A stretch of DNA of 59,406 nucleotides from an uncultured Gammaproteobacteria bacterium (lineage in GTDB: Bacteria; Patescibacteriota; Microgenomatia; Levybacterales; UBA12049): assembly GCA_964523705.1 (NCBI GenBank), contig CAZFYA010000004.1:1-59406 (forward strand). Reading direction: 5' to 3'. Shown here one piece after another: positions 9,501 through 17,090 of the stretch; positions within the stretch are counted from its first letter, which is position 1; each line of letters opens with the position of its first letter. The position numbers were made by a program, and so were the translations under genes. The notes under the pieces were generated by a model. That model had not been told where the DNA came from, searched no databases, and saw nothing but the letters and a program-made list of their open reading frames with translations.

Positions 9501-12109
9501 GGGGTAAAAGATAGGTAACCCAATTGATCTGTTTTGATGTTAGAATATACAGAACCGTCAGTAGAGGTTAGTCGAAGCTGGGTTCCTCCGGCTCCTGCTA
9601 ATACATCCAATTTTGCATCAGGCCCTGTTGTGCCGCCAATTCCAACATTTCCATTGGTTCCTTCGATAAAGATAGCATCGGTATATGTATTGGAGCCCAT
9701 CTTTATATCCCTATTTGCAAAAGTTTGAATATATGCTTTGCCACCACTATTTCCTATTCTTAGAATTTCATCTCCTCCGTCACTTCCTCCTCCGACCTGA
9801 AAAGTATATCCATTATCAATTATTATTCCACCTTCTATTTCTAATTTTGCTTCAGGATTAGTATTTCCAATCCCTAAATTACCAGTTCCTAGGTTAAACC
9901 AGGCATTTTCGTTATTGGTTCCCGGTACATGAAAGTAGGCAGAGGAGGATGAAGTACTGCCTATATTTAGCGCATCTGTTAAATTAACAGGAGACATTGC
10001 CCCAAGGTTTCTCTGCCAATATTGAGTTAGAGCAACTCCGCCTGAAATAATGTTGTTTACATAGAGGTTATTCCAGTAGTTATCAGTTGAACCAATGTTA
10101 TATGTATCAGGCGTTAAGGAGAGTAGATTTCCCGAAGATACTGTTCCATCGTTATCTACGGTGAATTTAGCAGTTCCCGAGGTTGAGGCGCTAATTAATG
10201 GACCAGTGCTTGTTTGATTGATAGTAAGGGCTGATTGGCCACTTGAGGATGCTAAAATAGCCAGTAAATCATCAATTTCTACTGCTCCTATGGCAGTTGA
10301 AATATTGTTGTTGTTTGTTGTATTTTGTAATGGTTTCTGAAGATCAATTACTCCAGTACCATCAGGGCTAATTTCTACATTGCTGTTCGTGCCTGCAACC
10401 GTGGTTAAAGCTAAAACATTTCCCGAAATAGTAAATTCTCCTCCTGTAGCTTGGAAAACAGGCGTTGCAGAACCACCAATGGTTAGATTACCTGAAGAAT
10501 CCAGAGCTAAAACAACGTTTTCTTGAGTAGCACTTGGATCGGTTATTGGTAAAAGTCCTTGAAGTGTTTCGGCATTTGCTGCATAGGCAACAGTTGCTAT
10601 TCTTTGCCTTGGCTCAAGTTCAGGTGTGGTTTCAACCGTAACTCCAAGCCAAAGTGAAGCATTTTCCGTGAAAAGCGTTGCTGGAATAGCTGTGTTTTGG
10701 CCAAGATATATATTAAATATACCGTCAGTGTCAGGATCAACAGAATCTATCTCTTGCCATAAAAGAGCAGCTCCTGATGCTACCTCATCATCATATATCC
10801 CAAAACGAAGCGCAGTTAAGCTTTCAATTGGATTATCATTATCATCAGTTAATCTTCCCTGAAAGGAAAGAATACGAGGAGGTGCAGTTGGTAAAGCAGC
10901 AAGTACAGGTTGTTTTAATTTAGGTTCAATAAAAAAGGCATTATATATTCCAAAACCAAGTCCTGCCATAAAGATAACCAGAATTGCTAAGTTGAAATAA
11001 TGGACAATTGAGTATGAATGATACTTTTTGTACCATTCTGGTCGTGTGTATTTGGCATGATGAATAACTTTTCTATGCCAAGGATATGAGGCTATCGAGA
11101 CTGAAAGTGGAGCGTAAAGTTCCTTGCGGATATTATCGATTGATTTAGGATTTATGATTGATGATTTATGATCTTGAATCTTGAATCTTGAATCTTGAAT
11201 CTTGGTGAAAATTGGTTTTCCTTTTCTTTTCCAATTAAGGTAAGTTATCTTTTCACCAAATGAAGCCAGGTGGGAAGTAATTGCTAAGTCAAATGCAATT
11301 CCACTTAATTTTCCAATTTTTTGAAATAGCCTAAGAGGAGGAAATGATGAGTATTTGGTATTTGGTATTTGGTATTTGGTATTTGGCGTTTCTTTTATAG
11401 CTATTGGCCTTGAAGTTTTAAGTTTTTCCAAGTTTGAAACTTGTTCTTTTTTTATGTCTCTGACTAATCCTTCTGAAGCTGCCCATGCGGTATATCTTCT
11501 TAAAGAAGACAGTTTTCTATTGATTGTTAGAGGAGAAAAGCTTTGTGAAATTAGCCTTTTTTTATACTCCTCAATAAGGCTGTTGTCTAATTTTTGAAAA
11601 AGGTCTTTTTCAGATACGTCCCAAGTTTCTTTTATGCCTGTTACTTCCTCGGCCCAGTTTAAAAATTGTTTAACATCAATGACGTAATTTTTAATCGTTA
11701 AGTGAGAGGCATTATATACGTAAAGATAATCTTTAAAATCTTTTATTCTGAAAGGATCGTTTTCTTTTTGGTTTTTAGCTTCAGTTTTATCAAAAGGAGA
11801 GCGTGAAACATAGCCTTCTAGCTTTAAAAAATTAAAAAACTTTCTTAGAGAAGAGAAGTGCCTCTCAATAGAACGAACTGATACACTTTTACCTTCGTTT
11901 TTAGGATTAAGCCTATCTAGTTTGTATTCGTTGAGAATAAAAGAAGAGATGTTATCAGCTGAAAATTCTTCATGGTATTTAGCTTCGTACCAGCGGATAA
12001 ATTGGCTAACATCAGCTTTGTAGTTTTTAACCGTTAGCTTTGACGGTTTATCCTTTTGACTTTCTAAGAATTTGAGAAAAAGACCTATAAATCGTTGGGC
12101 AGTGTTCAT
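3518..12109 (-). CDS. Giant 2863-aa protein: two tandem tyrosine-recombinase N-terminal core-binding (SAM-like) domains, linker, single TM helix, then extracellular fibre/adhesin-like repeat region
   Basis: aa ~5-105 (FLKFLESQ..SKLTVKNYKADVSQF..SVRSIERHFSSLRKFFNFLKLEG) and aa ~118-215 (FKDYLYVYNASHLTIKNYVIDVKQF..SPLTINRKLSSLRRY..EG) match the XerC/XerD N-domain pattern. No R..K..HxxR..Y catalytic domain follows. TM is FNLAILVIFMAGLGFGIYNAFF. Sixteen G[NDYS][VL]G[IV]G.T.P..KL.V repeats follow, typical of tail-fibre-like CPR giant proteins. Confidence 0.85.
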   Translation of the reverse strand: MNTAQRFIGLFLKFLESQKDKPSKLTVKNYKADVSQFIRWYEAKYHEEFSADNISSFILNEYKLDRLNPKNEGKSVSVRSIERHFSSLRKFFNFLKLEGYVSRSPFDKTEAKNQKENDPFRIKDFKDYLYVYNASHLTIKNYVIDVKQFLNWAEEVTGIKETWDVSEKDLFQKLDNSLIEEYKKRLISQSFSPLTINRKLSSLRRYTAWAASEGLVRDIKKEQVSNLEKLKTSRPIAIKETPNTKYQIPNTKYSSFPPLRLFQKIGKLSGIAFDLAITSHLASFGEKITYLNWKRKGKPIFTKIQDSRFKIQDHKSSIINPKSIDNIRKELYAPLSVSIASYPWHRKVIHHAKYTRPEWYKKYHSYSIVHYFNLAILVIFMAGLGFGIYNAFFIEPKLKQPVLAALPTAPPRILSFQGRLTDDNDNPIESLTALRFGIYDDEVASGAALLWQEIDSVDPDTDGIFNIYLGQNTAIPATLFTENASLWLGVTVETTPELEPRQRIATVAYAANAETLQGLLPITDPSATQENVVLALDSSGNLTIGGSATPVFQATGGEFTISGNVLALTTVAGTNSNVEISPDGTGVIDLQKPLQNTTNNNNISTAIGAVEIDDLLAILASSSGQSALTINQTSTGPLISASTSGTAKFTVDNDGTVSSGNLLSLTPDTYNIGSTDNYWNNLYVNNIISGGVALTQYWQRNLGAMSPVNLTDALNIGSTSSSSAYFHVPGTNNENAWFNLGTGNLGIGNTNPEAKLEIEGGIIIDNGYTFQVGGGSDGGDEILRIGNSGGKAYIQTFANRDIKMGSNTYTDAIFIEGTNGNVGIGGTTGPDAKLDVLAGAGGTQLRLTSTDGSVYSNIKTDQLGYLSFTPTGLIATMGGTFNPSVDSTYNLGSTDAYWDTIYVNNLVGTTVASNEWQRVLGALSPRNITDDLLLGSSATSSALFSVTGIANNQVTASVSGNLIVMPTNGWGGNVGIGTISPTQALDVYPSTINKGARIGYAAIGDGGAFSEGHGSNNYYAYFSNTTMATYANRNGFALLQKDDGTTYLNTAASKNLYFGVNNSTKMILNSNGNLGVGDLTPISKLSVSGNTGSNGLVTFNQTGTGDIFSASASGATKFIINNSGNVGIGTTGPDARLDVLSAAGGTQLRLTSTDGSVYSDIKVDQLGYLSFAPTGLIATMGGTFNPSVDSTYNLGSTDRKWDTLYVNNIEGVSLGSTGYWTQSELDGTLYPNNPTVDLLVGGQSTVSAKFAVLNLNSGQATASVSGNLIVMPTNGWGGNVGIGTINPNEKLELSATDVGLLLNGGANWSTGSQYLKFARGGSTTWTIGQDQDSTNNLYFAYSDGFTSPKLTITNNGDVGIGTTSPLEELDVIGNASVSGTMAVNTIKAPTGALNLQYKSGPNTWTNALTIADNTGYVGIGTTSPDGVFVAQKTLAGQDALFRLRNFSTDANSTATLMLQATTVNTYSGGGLRYDRTNTRLEFSADTSSSWVANMAIQGGNVGIGTTSPTAKLDIAGDASTSGSLVFRGSSPSTIDVLNGNRLDFQTSVGGDSGLSAKMTILNNGNVGIGTTNPYTPLHVVGTIRLADGGDPTNYFTISPNSLAFARNSTNYISYDATNNADLRIIRNNEYNIPVIEFTKDGNVGIGTTGPDAKLDVLSGAGGTQLRLTSTDGSVYSDIKTDQLGYLSLSPTGLIATMGGTFNPSTDSTYDLGSEGAYWDTLYVNNIEGVSLGSTGYWTQSDGALYPNNSTVDLLIGGQATSSAKFAVLNLNSGQATASVSGNLIVMPDNGWGGNVGIGTISPGYNLHIQNTADAAIYLEADIDNATESDNPFLKLTQDNGGTSGIIGFSGTNDYDPENNAYSDAKSDALLIGTISDDYLQFGTNDAVSMTINDGYVGIGVVDAAGRLEVRGAGPNTSTVILDSYFANGIAIRPNKSSGGWAYGYGFINNAADTVWANYGGFGSGDAMSYLYIGEAWDDHAVRFYPSTNVSSFRGDVGIGISDPDAHLQIGLASTDSETAPTSINAAAYYLGLGGQEWGANSYRLMGMGYKDGSTTHFPGYIGYQEISTISGNTYGDLIFGTRNVVTDTAPTERMRINYNGNVGIGTTDPNSRLDVQGETVGKALVNLNYTGTDQNILTASTSGTTKFYLTNAGVLYGASFYDIDNSSYFLDPAATGTSLTTYGSVGIGTASPLTSTGLHVSKNSLGNAAVIIDQLSSASGADLLVASNSGTTQFRVASDGDVYVGPNGTGKLTAATIDPLYTIDGGKYSTYGTSMVGVKEEVTGKASLSYNALDEAYSYTIDLNNQEVASDLWLFSRVTDPNIALTSILLTPDSSSRVWYKKDVDNRKITFLSDSPTSLSFRLTAPRFDHMSWGNISDETDPNITGLVVPGAEDLINEKLEDATMSGSPIYSEFSIAKTFSEFGEPIYALIDSLGNSIKRTGGFSTLIAANLQAGALSASEIATESLSIGGQTIQEYIASSIENILNNNYLISGDEISSPIASIDTLKTGIISPLASDSTVELALGNSSLEVRNSETKEVVARIDDSGNVYTEGDLTARSASFAGTLRAKNIIAENIEGLNISSSTISAQYITNNYYESTGAGELATIPVSSDYMDISSMSGQFIYVDKLQTKLATFTQGLMSFGPTSLSDTSIAGQLAVGGNLILADGAINVLGADLEIQPLRQGGISFLSGLVKIDESGNLAVLGNATFAKDVTVGGKLATGIISPIANNDLAIVNASDSAVLSVSQKGDIIASGSGTFGKLNLNFVKEALALSDNEILATGSAGIATISARQKEITINNDLITKDSLIYITPIGSVNGLNPYLLRQVPEDQELNGIEGSFTIGIDEFTTKPIPFNWLIIN
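6712..9652 (-). repeat. Three ~480-bp (~160-aa) near-duplicate cassettes inside the giant gene (approx. 9172-9652, 8260-8740, 6712-7189)
   Basis: GTTGPDAKLDVL..AGGTQLRLTSTDGSVYS.IK.DQLGYLS..PTGLIATMGGTFNPS.DSTY.LGS...WDT.YVNN...ASVSGNLIVMP.NGWGGNVGIGT occurs three times with visibly high nucleotide similarity, separated by unrelated segments. Confidence 0.9.
11143..11204. repeat. Heptamer tandem repeat (ATCTTGA x~5 preceded by 4 degenerate ATTTATG-type units), in-frame in the giant gene linker
   Basis: atttagg atttatg attgatg atttatg atcttga atcttga atcttga atcttga atcttg; encodes KIQDSRFKIQDHKSSIINPKS. Confidence 0.9.
11351..11385. repeat. Heptamer tandem repeat (GTATTTG x5), in-frame in the giant gene linker
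   Basis: Five perfect units; encodes PNTKYQIPNTKY. Confidence 0.92.
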
Positions 12110-12143
12110 TCCCGAACCTCGCTTTTTAAAAACATGTAATTAG

Positions 12144-12171
12144 GTTCAACATTATACGGATTATACGTTTT
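12144..12171 (-). other. dif-like 11-6-11 site (putative Xer-family binding site) upstream of the giant gene
   Basis: Minus strand reads AAAACGTATAA-TCCGTA-TAATGTTGAAC versus E. coli dif GGTGCGCATAA-TGTATA-TTATGTTAAAT: 6/11 in the XerC arm, 8/11 in the XerD arm, 6-bp spacer. Confidence 0.45.
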
Positions 12172-12225
12172 ATCCAGCCAGTTGGCGGACAAGTAAGAAT
12201 TAGTTTTATATATATACATACTATT

Positions 12226-12255
12226 AGAATAAGGAGTTTTTTTATGAAAAGTCAA
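12226..12255 (-). promoter_or_regulatory. Sigma70-type promoter for the giant-gene operon
   Basis: TTGACT-N18-TATTCT on the minus strand, ~115 bp upstream of the ATG at 12109. Confidence 0.5.
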
Positions 12256-12719
12256 GAACCTAGAGTAATATACCGTTGATATATTTTTATGCATTCCGAT
12301 ATAGACAGGGAAGCGTATTTAGAATACAAAAAAAAGCAGAAAATTTGTCTTTTCACAGCTTCAAAATGCCCATTTTCGACTATTATTATACTTTTATAAA
12401 AATCGGTAAATCAAACAAACAGTATCAAAGAGTATCACTAGTCCTATAACTCGTTTTCACGAAAAAATTATCCTTTAGTTTTTTAGCCTCAAAAAAATTT
12501 GTTAAATTTGGCAAAATCTAACGTTTAGAAAATTTCTTATTAGCAATTATTTGTCCTTAGTGATAGGTTTTTTAGGGTGTTGTTTTTTATTGATTTTATA
12601 GGCATATAAAGAATTGCGGTTATGTCTTAAGGCTTAAAAACTTATAAACTTAAAATCCTTAATGCCGGTTGCTTTAATGGTTAAAATTTGCTTAAAATTA
12701 GTTTATTGACTAATTCTTT

Positions 12720-13604
12720 ATGAAAAAACATCTGCCCAAAATTGTTGTTTTCTTGTTAGTTTTCTTAGCTTACGTATTTTTTTCTACCTTTAATGTTTCT
12801 GCCCAAATGAGTTTACCCAAGGCAAAACATGAAACCAGTGTTTCTGCTAAGGTAGGCCAGTTCTACTTAAATCTTTCCGGTTGGATATCTCCTTATGCTT
12901 CAGTTGTTTTAACTTCAGATGGAGTGTTTCTAAGATCAACTACAGCTGATTCAAAAGGCAATTTTTACATTACAGGAGTATTAATTAAAGCAGGGTTTTC
13001 ATCCTTTTGCTTAGAGGCAATAGATTTTAAGCGCCTTGGTGATTCATATACTTGTTTTAAGGTCAAGCCGGCTACATCGGATATTACTATGAAGGATATT
13101 TTTCTTCCCCCAACCCTTGGTTTATCCAGAAACGAAATAGGAGAGAATGAGGAGGCAATTGCCTTTGGTTATACAATGCCGGGAGCAAAGGTAAAACTGT
13201 ATTTAAGTAATGGTCAGGTTATTGAAACTACGGCTGATTCTGACGGGTATTATGAGTTTAAATTAAAAAATCTTAAAGCAGGAAAGTATGAGCTTTACGC
13301 AAAAGCAGAATATCAAAACAAAGAGTCTTTAAAACCAACTAAGACCCTAAAGCTTACTTCATTATCGTGGTGGGAGATGTTTCTTGCTTTTCTAAGAGAT
13401 ATTTGGGATAGAATAGTTAAATTTATCACTTCAATAGGCCTAGGGCCGCTTTGGATTGCCTTACCAATAATTTTAGTAATTGTTGCACTTGTTCTAAAGC
13501 TTTGGCCTGAAAAGTTTACCTTTATTTACAACAGTAAGCTTTTAGCATGGTTGCCTCGTAAAAAAAAGAAAAAGCTTCACCATAGCTGGTTTATGGGGTA
13601 TTAG
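12720..13604 (+). CDS. Membrane-anchored protein with Ig-like/carboxypeptidase-regulatory-like beta-sandwich domains
   Basis: N-terminal signal/TM; STTADSKGNFYI and TTADSDGYYEF..NLKAGKYELYA repeats; C-terminal TM and lysine-rich tail. Confidence 0.65.
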   Translation: MKKHLPKIVVFLLVFLAYVFFSTFNVSAQMSLPKAKHETSVSAKVGQFYLNLSGWISPYASVVLTSDGVFLRSTTADSKGNFYITGVLIKAGFSSFCLEAIDFKRLGDSYTCFKVKPATSDITMKDIFLPPTLGLSRNEIGENEEAIAFGYTMPGAKVKLYLSNGQVIETTADSDGYYEFKLKNLKAGKYELYAKAEYQNKESLKPTKTLKLTSLSWWEMFLAFLRDIWDRIVKFITSIGLGPLWIALPIILVIVALVLKLWPEKFTFIYNSKLLAWLPRKKKKKLHHSWFMGY

Positions 13605-13605
13605 T

Positions 13606-14580
13606 TTATTCTTGGGGGTTTTCTTTATTTAATTTTTCCTCTTTTACTCTTAGGCTTTTTTTCCTTAAATACATTATTCCCAAAATTATAGCAACTACGA
13701 TGAGTATAACAACCAACATTATTTTCCAGGGTAACACCCAGAAGGTTAAGGTCGCAACTAAGGGTAGATTATTATCTTTTCCATAGGTTGCAGTTAGTTT
13801 TGCTGTAAATGGACCAAAAAGTACTTTTTTATCAAGTGTGTTTTCAAAGTTTCTTACCGCTTCCGGAAAGATATTGTGTTCAGGAAGGGTAAGAGAAGCT
13901 ATTTTTCTTCCTAAAATATCAGTAATTGTAATTTGTCCGATTGGCTTTACGTGTAAATCTCCAAGGTTTTTAATTTGAGTTTCAATTTTAACCGGACCAT
14001 ACTCTTGAAACCTATTAGCACTAAACTTGGTTACACTTGCGCTTTCTTTTATATCTCCTTTAACATCAACGTAAAAAAGAGTGCCAACTTGAGTATTTAC
14101 AGCTGTTCCTGTTCCCTCAACTTTAATTAATTCATCCGGTTTATATATTACAGCAGCGTAATGTCCGCCCGGTTTTGCATCCATAGGTACTTGTAAATAG
14201 TAATTTAGTTCATATTTTTCATGAGGACCAACAGTAAATTTACCCGGATAGGCTGCCAGCCAGGAAGCTGCAGAGTATTTATTTGATAGCGTATTAGGAG
14301 GTAAAATGGTTGGAACTCCTTCATTGTCTTCAACAATAAAGTCCTGGGTTGTGGCTGTAAAGGTTAAAGTTTCATTTGAATCGTTAATTATTTTAATTAA
14401 TCCTTCAGCTACTTCTCCCGGATTTAAACTTTGTTCAACTGTTGGTGGGACCAGGGTAAAGGTTCTGGTTGGCTGCTGTGCGTTTATTGAATAAGTAAAT
14501 AAGCTAATAAATAAACAAGCTAATAAGTAAACAAAGATAATTTGAAATTTACGTATTATTTTTTGGACAGTTTTTTTCAT
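13606..14580 (-). CDS. DUF916/WxL-interacting-protein-like membrane-anchored Ig-fold protein
   Basis: Signal; LVPPTVEQSLNPGE..IKIINDSNE; PGGHYAAVIY; IKNLGDLHVKPIGQITITD.LG; C-terminal TM plus basic tail; sits directly downstream of a WxL-like gene. Confidence 0.6.
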   Translation of the reverse strand: MKKTVQKIIRKFQIIFVYLLACLFISLFTYSINAQQPTRTFTLVPPTVEQSLNPGEVAEGLIKIINDSNETLTFTATTQDFIVEDNEGVPTILPPNTLSNKYSAASWLAAYPGKFTVGPHEKYELNYYLQVPMDAKPGGHYAAVIYKPDELIKVEGTGTAVNTQVGTLFYVDVKGDIKESASVTKFSANRFQEYGPVKIETQIKNLGDLHVKPIGQITITDILGRKIASLTLPEHNIFPEAVRNFENTLDKKVLFGPFTAKLTATYGKDNNLPLVATLTFWVLPWKIMLVVILIVVAIILGIMYLRKKSLRVKEEKLNKENPQE

Positions 14581-14585
14581 AAGTT

Positions 14586-16019
14586 TTAAAAGGTTGGTGT
14601 TGCAACGTAAGTGACTTCTGATGTGTAAAGACCTGCAGGAACCGTTACATCTACTCCTGCTGCATACTCAACGCTTATTAGGCCATTTCCTGCTTCTATA
14701 ACGTTTCCAACCGGCCCTGTAGCATCATAGGCTAAGGTTACAGCAGTTGTAGCTGTTGGCCAGCCGTATTTACACTCATTAGCAGTTGAACCGGTAATTA
14801 CAGTACTACAGTTTTCATCATCTGTTTCAGTCCAGGTAGTTGTGCCGTATGAGTCAAGTGAGCAGGGGTGAATTCCAAACCAGGGAGTGCTGTTGGGAAA
14901 TGCTGCAGGAGTGGTACTACTGGCAATAGCAAAACCTGATGCGTCGTTTCTTAACTGACCGCTTGAAGTGGCGGTTAAAGCATAGCCGTTTGGTGCATTA
15001 GTAGAAATGGTAATTAATTGGGCTGCAATATTGCCGACTTTAGTATCGGCTCCGCCCGGAGTATTGCCTAGAATTCCCAAATCTACCAAGGTTGCAGTTG
15101 AGGCAATTCCGGCATTAGTAGTTTCCGAGTTGGTACAACCGGTAGTATTACCGGTGTTAATTGCTGTTGCATTGGCAATTCCGGTAATTGTAAAGGTAAG
15201 AGTTGGATCAACTGTTGCTCTGACTGTTACTGATTCAATTGTGCCTACCTTAGCGCTTGATTCTTCTCTTACTACGTCTGATGAGTCAGTTGTTTTAATG
15301 TCTATTCTCCAGGTGTCAGCTGCACCGGCTGTAGTATTGCTTTTAGTGGGGTTAATCAGGGTTGGAACTTGAGTTGTACAACTTGAGCCGGAACTTGCAG
15401 AGCAGCCAATTAAAAAGGTAATAGTTGTTCCTAAAGCTACTCCGGCATTAGTGGTGCAGGTAATTGAAGGGGAGGAGACGTTCCATGAGTCACAAGTTAT
15501 TCCATCAGTTTTAATATTAGTGCTGGTTAAGTTATTAAAGGCAAAAGTTGAAGCAGAAGGAGAAGCAGTATTATTTGCGCTTCCCGGAAAAGTAATTACT
15601 ACTTTACCACTGGCAGGAATTGCAACTTCGGTTTTAAACTGAACAGTGTGCATTGCAGTAATTGGAACCATAAAAATATCACCTGCACCAAAAGCATTAG
15701 TTGTGCCACTGGTTAAATATACGTTTCTGGTTCCCCAAAGGCCGGTTGTAGCAGAGGCAGTTGAAACAGTAGTATTTTCCAAAACAGTTCCAACCGACTG
15801 CACAAGTCTTGCCGAATCAGAAGCAAGAAAAACAGCTGAAGCATTATCAACAACAACAGCTGATGTAGCCCCGGCACTTACAGCAGAACTTAAATTGGTT
15901 GAGGTTGAGGGTCTTGAAGTTGAGAGAGTATCAGAAACTAAAGTTAAAGCATTGGCTTTTGGAGTATTTAAAAAAAACAGCAGTAATAATGCCGGCAGTA
16001 TAACCCGTAAATTTTTCAT
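14586..16019 (-). CDS. Secreted Thr/Ser-rich WxL-like surface subunit (large, 477 aa)
   Basis: Signal peptide; C-terminal GLYTSEVTYVATPTF parallels the WxL end motif YxxxLTWxLxxxP; several Cys pairs. Confidence 0.55.
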   Translation of the reverse strand: MKNLRVILPALLLLFFLNTPKANALTLVSDTLSTSRPSTSTNLSSAVSAGATSAVVVDNASAVFLASDSARLVQSVGTVLENTTVSTASATTGLWGTRNVYLTSGTTNAFGAGDIFMVPITAMHTVQFKTEVAIPASGKVVITFPGSANNTASPSASTFAFNNLTSTNIKTDGITCDSWNVSSPSITCTTNAGVALGTTITFLIGCSASSGSSCTTQVPTLINPTKSNTTAGAADTWRIDIKTTDSSDVVREESSAKVGTIESVTVRATVDPTLTFTITGIANATAINTGNTTGCTNSETTNAGIASTATLVDLGILGNTPGGADTKVGNIAAQLITISTNAPNGYALTATSSGQLRNDASGFAIASSTTPAAFPNSTPWFGIHPCSLDSYGTTTWTETDDENCSTVITGSTANECKYGWPTATTAVTLAYDATGPVGNVIEAGNGLISVEYAAGVDVTVPAGLYTSEVTYVATPTF

Positions 16020-16044
16020 TTAAATAAAATAAATCCTTAAAATT

Positions 16045-16073
16045 AGTATGGAAAACGATTAGTTAATTGTCAA
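16045..16073 (-). promoter_or_regulatory. Internal promoter ahead of the large WxL-like subunit
   Basis: TTGACA-N17-CATACT on the minus strand in the 62-bp gap upstream of ATG 16019. Confidence 0.5.
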
Positions 16074-16081
16074 GGGGTAAA

Positions 16082-17089
16082 TCAGCCCTTTTTGTATTGT
16101 TTAACTCTTTTGTAGATAAAAATGATGACTAAAACGGCAACAATAATACCAAGCAGTATTTTTATTGGAAAGGCAAAAAAGAAAACTGTTCTTTTAAATA
16201 GCGGTCCGTTTTCAGAAAGTGCAATAGTAAGAGAGGCAGAGTAGGGGCCTAGTAGAAAATTTTCATGCCAATAGGCAACAGGATATGCGTATTTAGTATT
16301 TAGTCCGCCAGCTGGCGGATTGTATTTGGTATTTGCGGAGCCAGTTGCGAAAGGGTTTTGTAGTGAGTCCGGAATGAAGCGGGTTGATCGAGACAAGATG
16401 TTTACAGGAAGTAGGTCAACTCTTCCAACTACTTGACCAAATATGTTTTTAATAAGTATTTCTCCTTTTGGGGTAATAAAATGATTACCTTTGTTTTTCA
16501 CCCTTAAAGTAAAAGGAACAGGTCCGCTTTCCAAAAACAGGGGAGTTGAGAACTCTTCAATACTTCCTTTAGCCATGTCTTTTGGCCCAATGGATAAAAG
16601 AACATTTGTGGCAATCCCGGCTTCTGATACGGATTTTGTAGATTGGTCATCAGGCTTATTACTTGATACAAAGATTATTGAAAAGTAATAGTCTGATAGG
16701 GTTTGTTCCTTGGGTATATCAACTATTAAGCTTAAGTCTTTTTTCTGCTTTGGTCCTAAAACAACCTCGTTTATTTCTTTTTCTTGATCAAGTACTTTTA
16801 TTTTTTGAAAAAGTAAAGGATCATCCTCAAAAAAAGCGTTTTCACTTAAAAATTCAATTTCACCGTTTTCCTTACTTGAGGGCTTAAACGGTCTAAAAAG
16901 AATTTTAAGGCTTATTTCTTCTTCTTCAAAATTAACAAGCGTTATGGTTGCTTCTGTTTTTGCCGGTGGAATAGCCTCAATTTCAATTAGTGGAGGATAA
17001 ATGCCAAGTTTTATTCCACTTGCTTCTGTTTTGTTAATTGGAAAAAGTAAAAATAAAAATAAAATAATGAGTGATAATTTTAATTTCAT
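16082..17089 (-). CDS. Second DUF916/WxL-interacting-protein-like membrane-anchored protein
   Basis: Likely start ATG 17089 (MKLKLSLIILF), 1 bp after the upstream stop; LGIYPPLIEIE, DYYFSIIF, VKNKGNHFITPKGEILIKNIFGQ; C-terminal TM; paralogous to 13606-14580. Confidence 0.6.
   Translation of the reverse strand: MKLKLSLIILFLFLLFPINKTEASGIKLGIYPPLIEIEAIPPAKTEATITLVNFEEEEISLKILFRPFKPSSKENGEIEFLSENAFFEDDPLLFQKIKVLDQEKEINEVVLGPKQKKDLSLIVDIPKEQTLSDYYFSIIFVSSNKPDDQSTKSVSEAGIATNVLLSIGPKDMAKGSIEEFSTPLFLESGPVPFTLRVKNKGNHFITPKGEILIKNIFGQVVGRVDLLPVNILSRSTRFIPDSLQNPFATGSANTKYNPPAGGLNTKYAYPVAYWHENFLLGPYSASLTIALSENGPLFKRTVFFFAFPIKILLGIIVAVLVIIFIYKRVKQYKKG
16289..16335. repeat. Composite repeat: heptamers flanking the perfect 16-bp palindrome TCCGCCAGCTGGCGGA (16304-16319)
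   Basis: gtattta gtattta g tccgccagctggcgga tt gtatttg gtatttg; encodes ANTKYNPPAGGLNTKY in-frame. Confidence 0.85.
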
Positions 17090-17090
17090 A

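Noticed and set aside
11143-11385. CRISPR array
   Set aside because: Units are 7 nt with no spacers. No 25-45-bp repeat-spacer pattern or cas gene was seen anywhere in the window.
5088-11597. Short plus-strand and alternative-frame ORFs inside the giant gene, including the repeated MISEYTEPSV ORFs
   Set aside because: Antisense translations of the repeated cassettes and heptamer arrays; no independent coding signal.
11460-12109. Functional integrase or prophage at the start of the giant ORF
   Set aside because: Only core-binding domains are present. There is no catalytic domain, no phage structural, replication or lysis genes, and no att pair around the region.
12106-12294. 62-aa ORF upstream of the giant gene
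   Set aside because: Overlaps the promoter, the dif-like site and a palindrome; composition is not protein-like.
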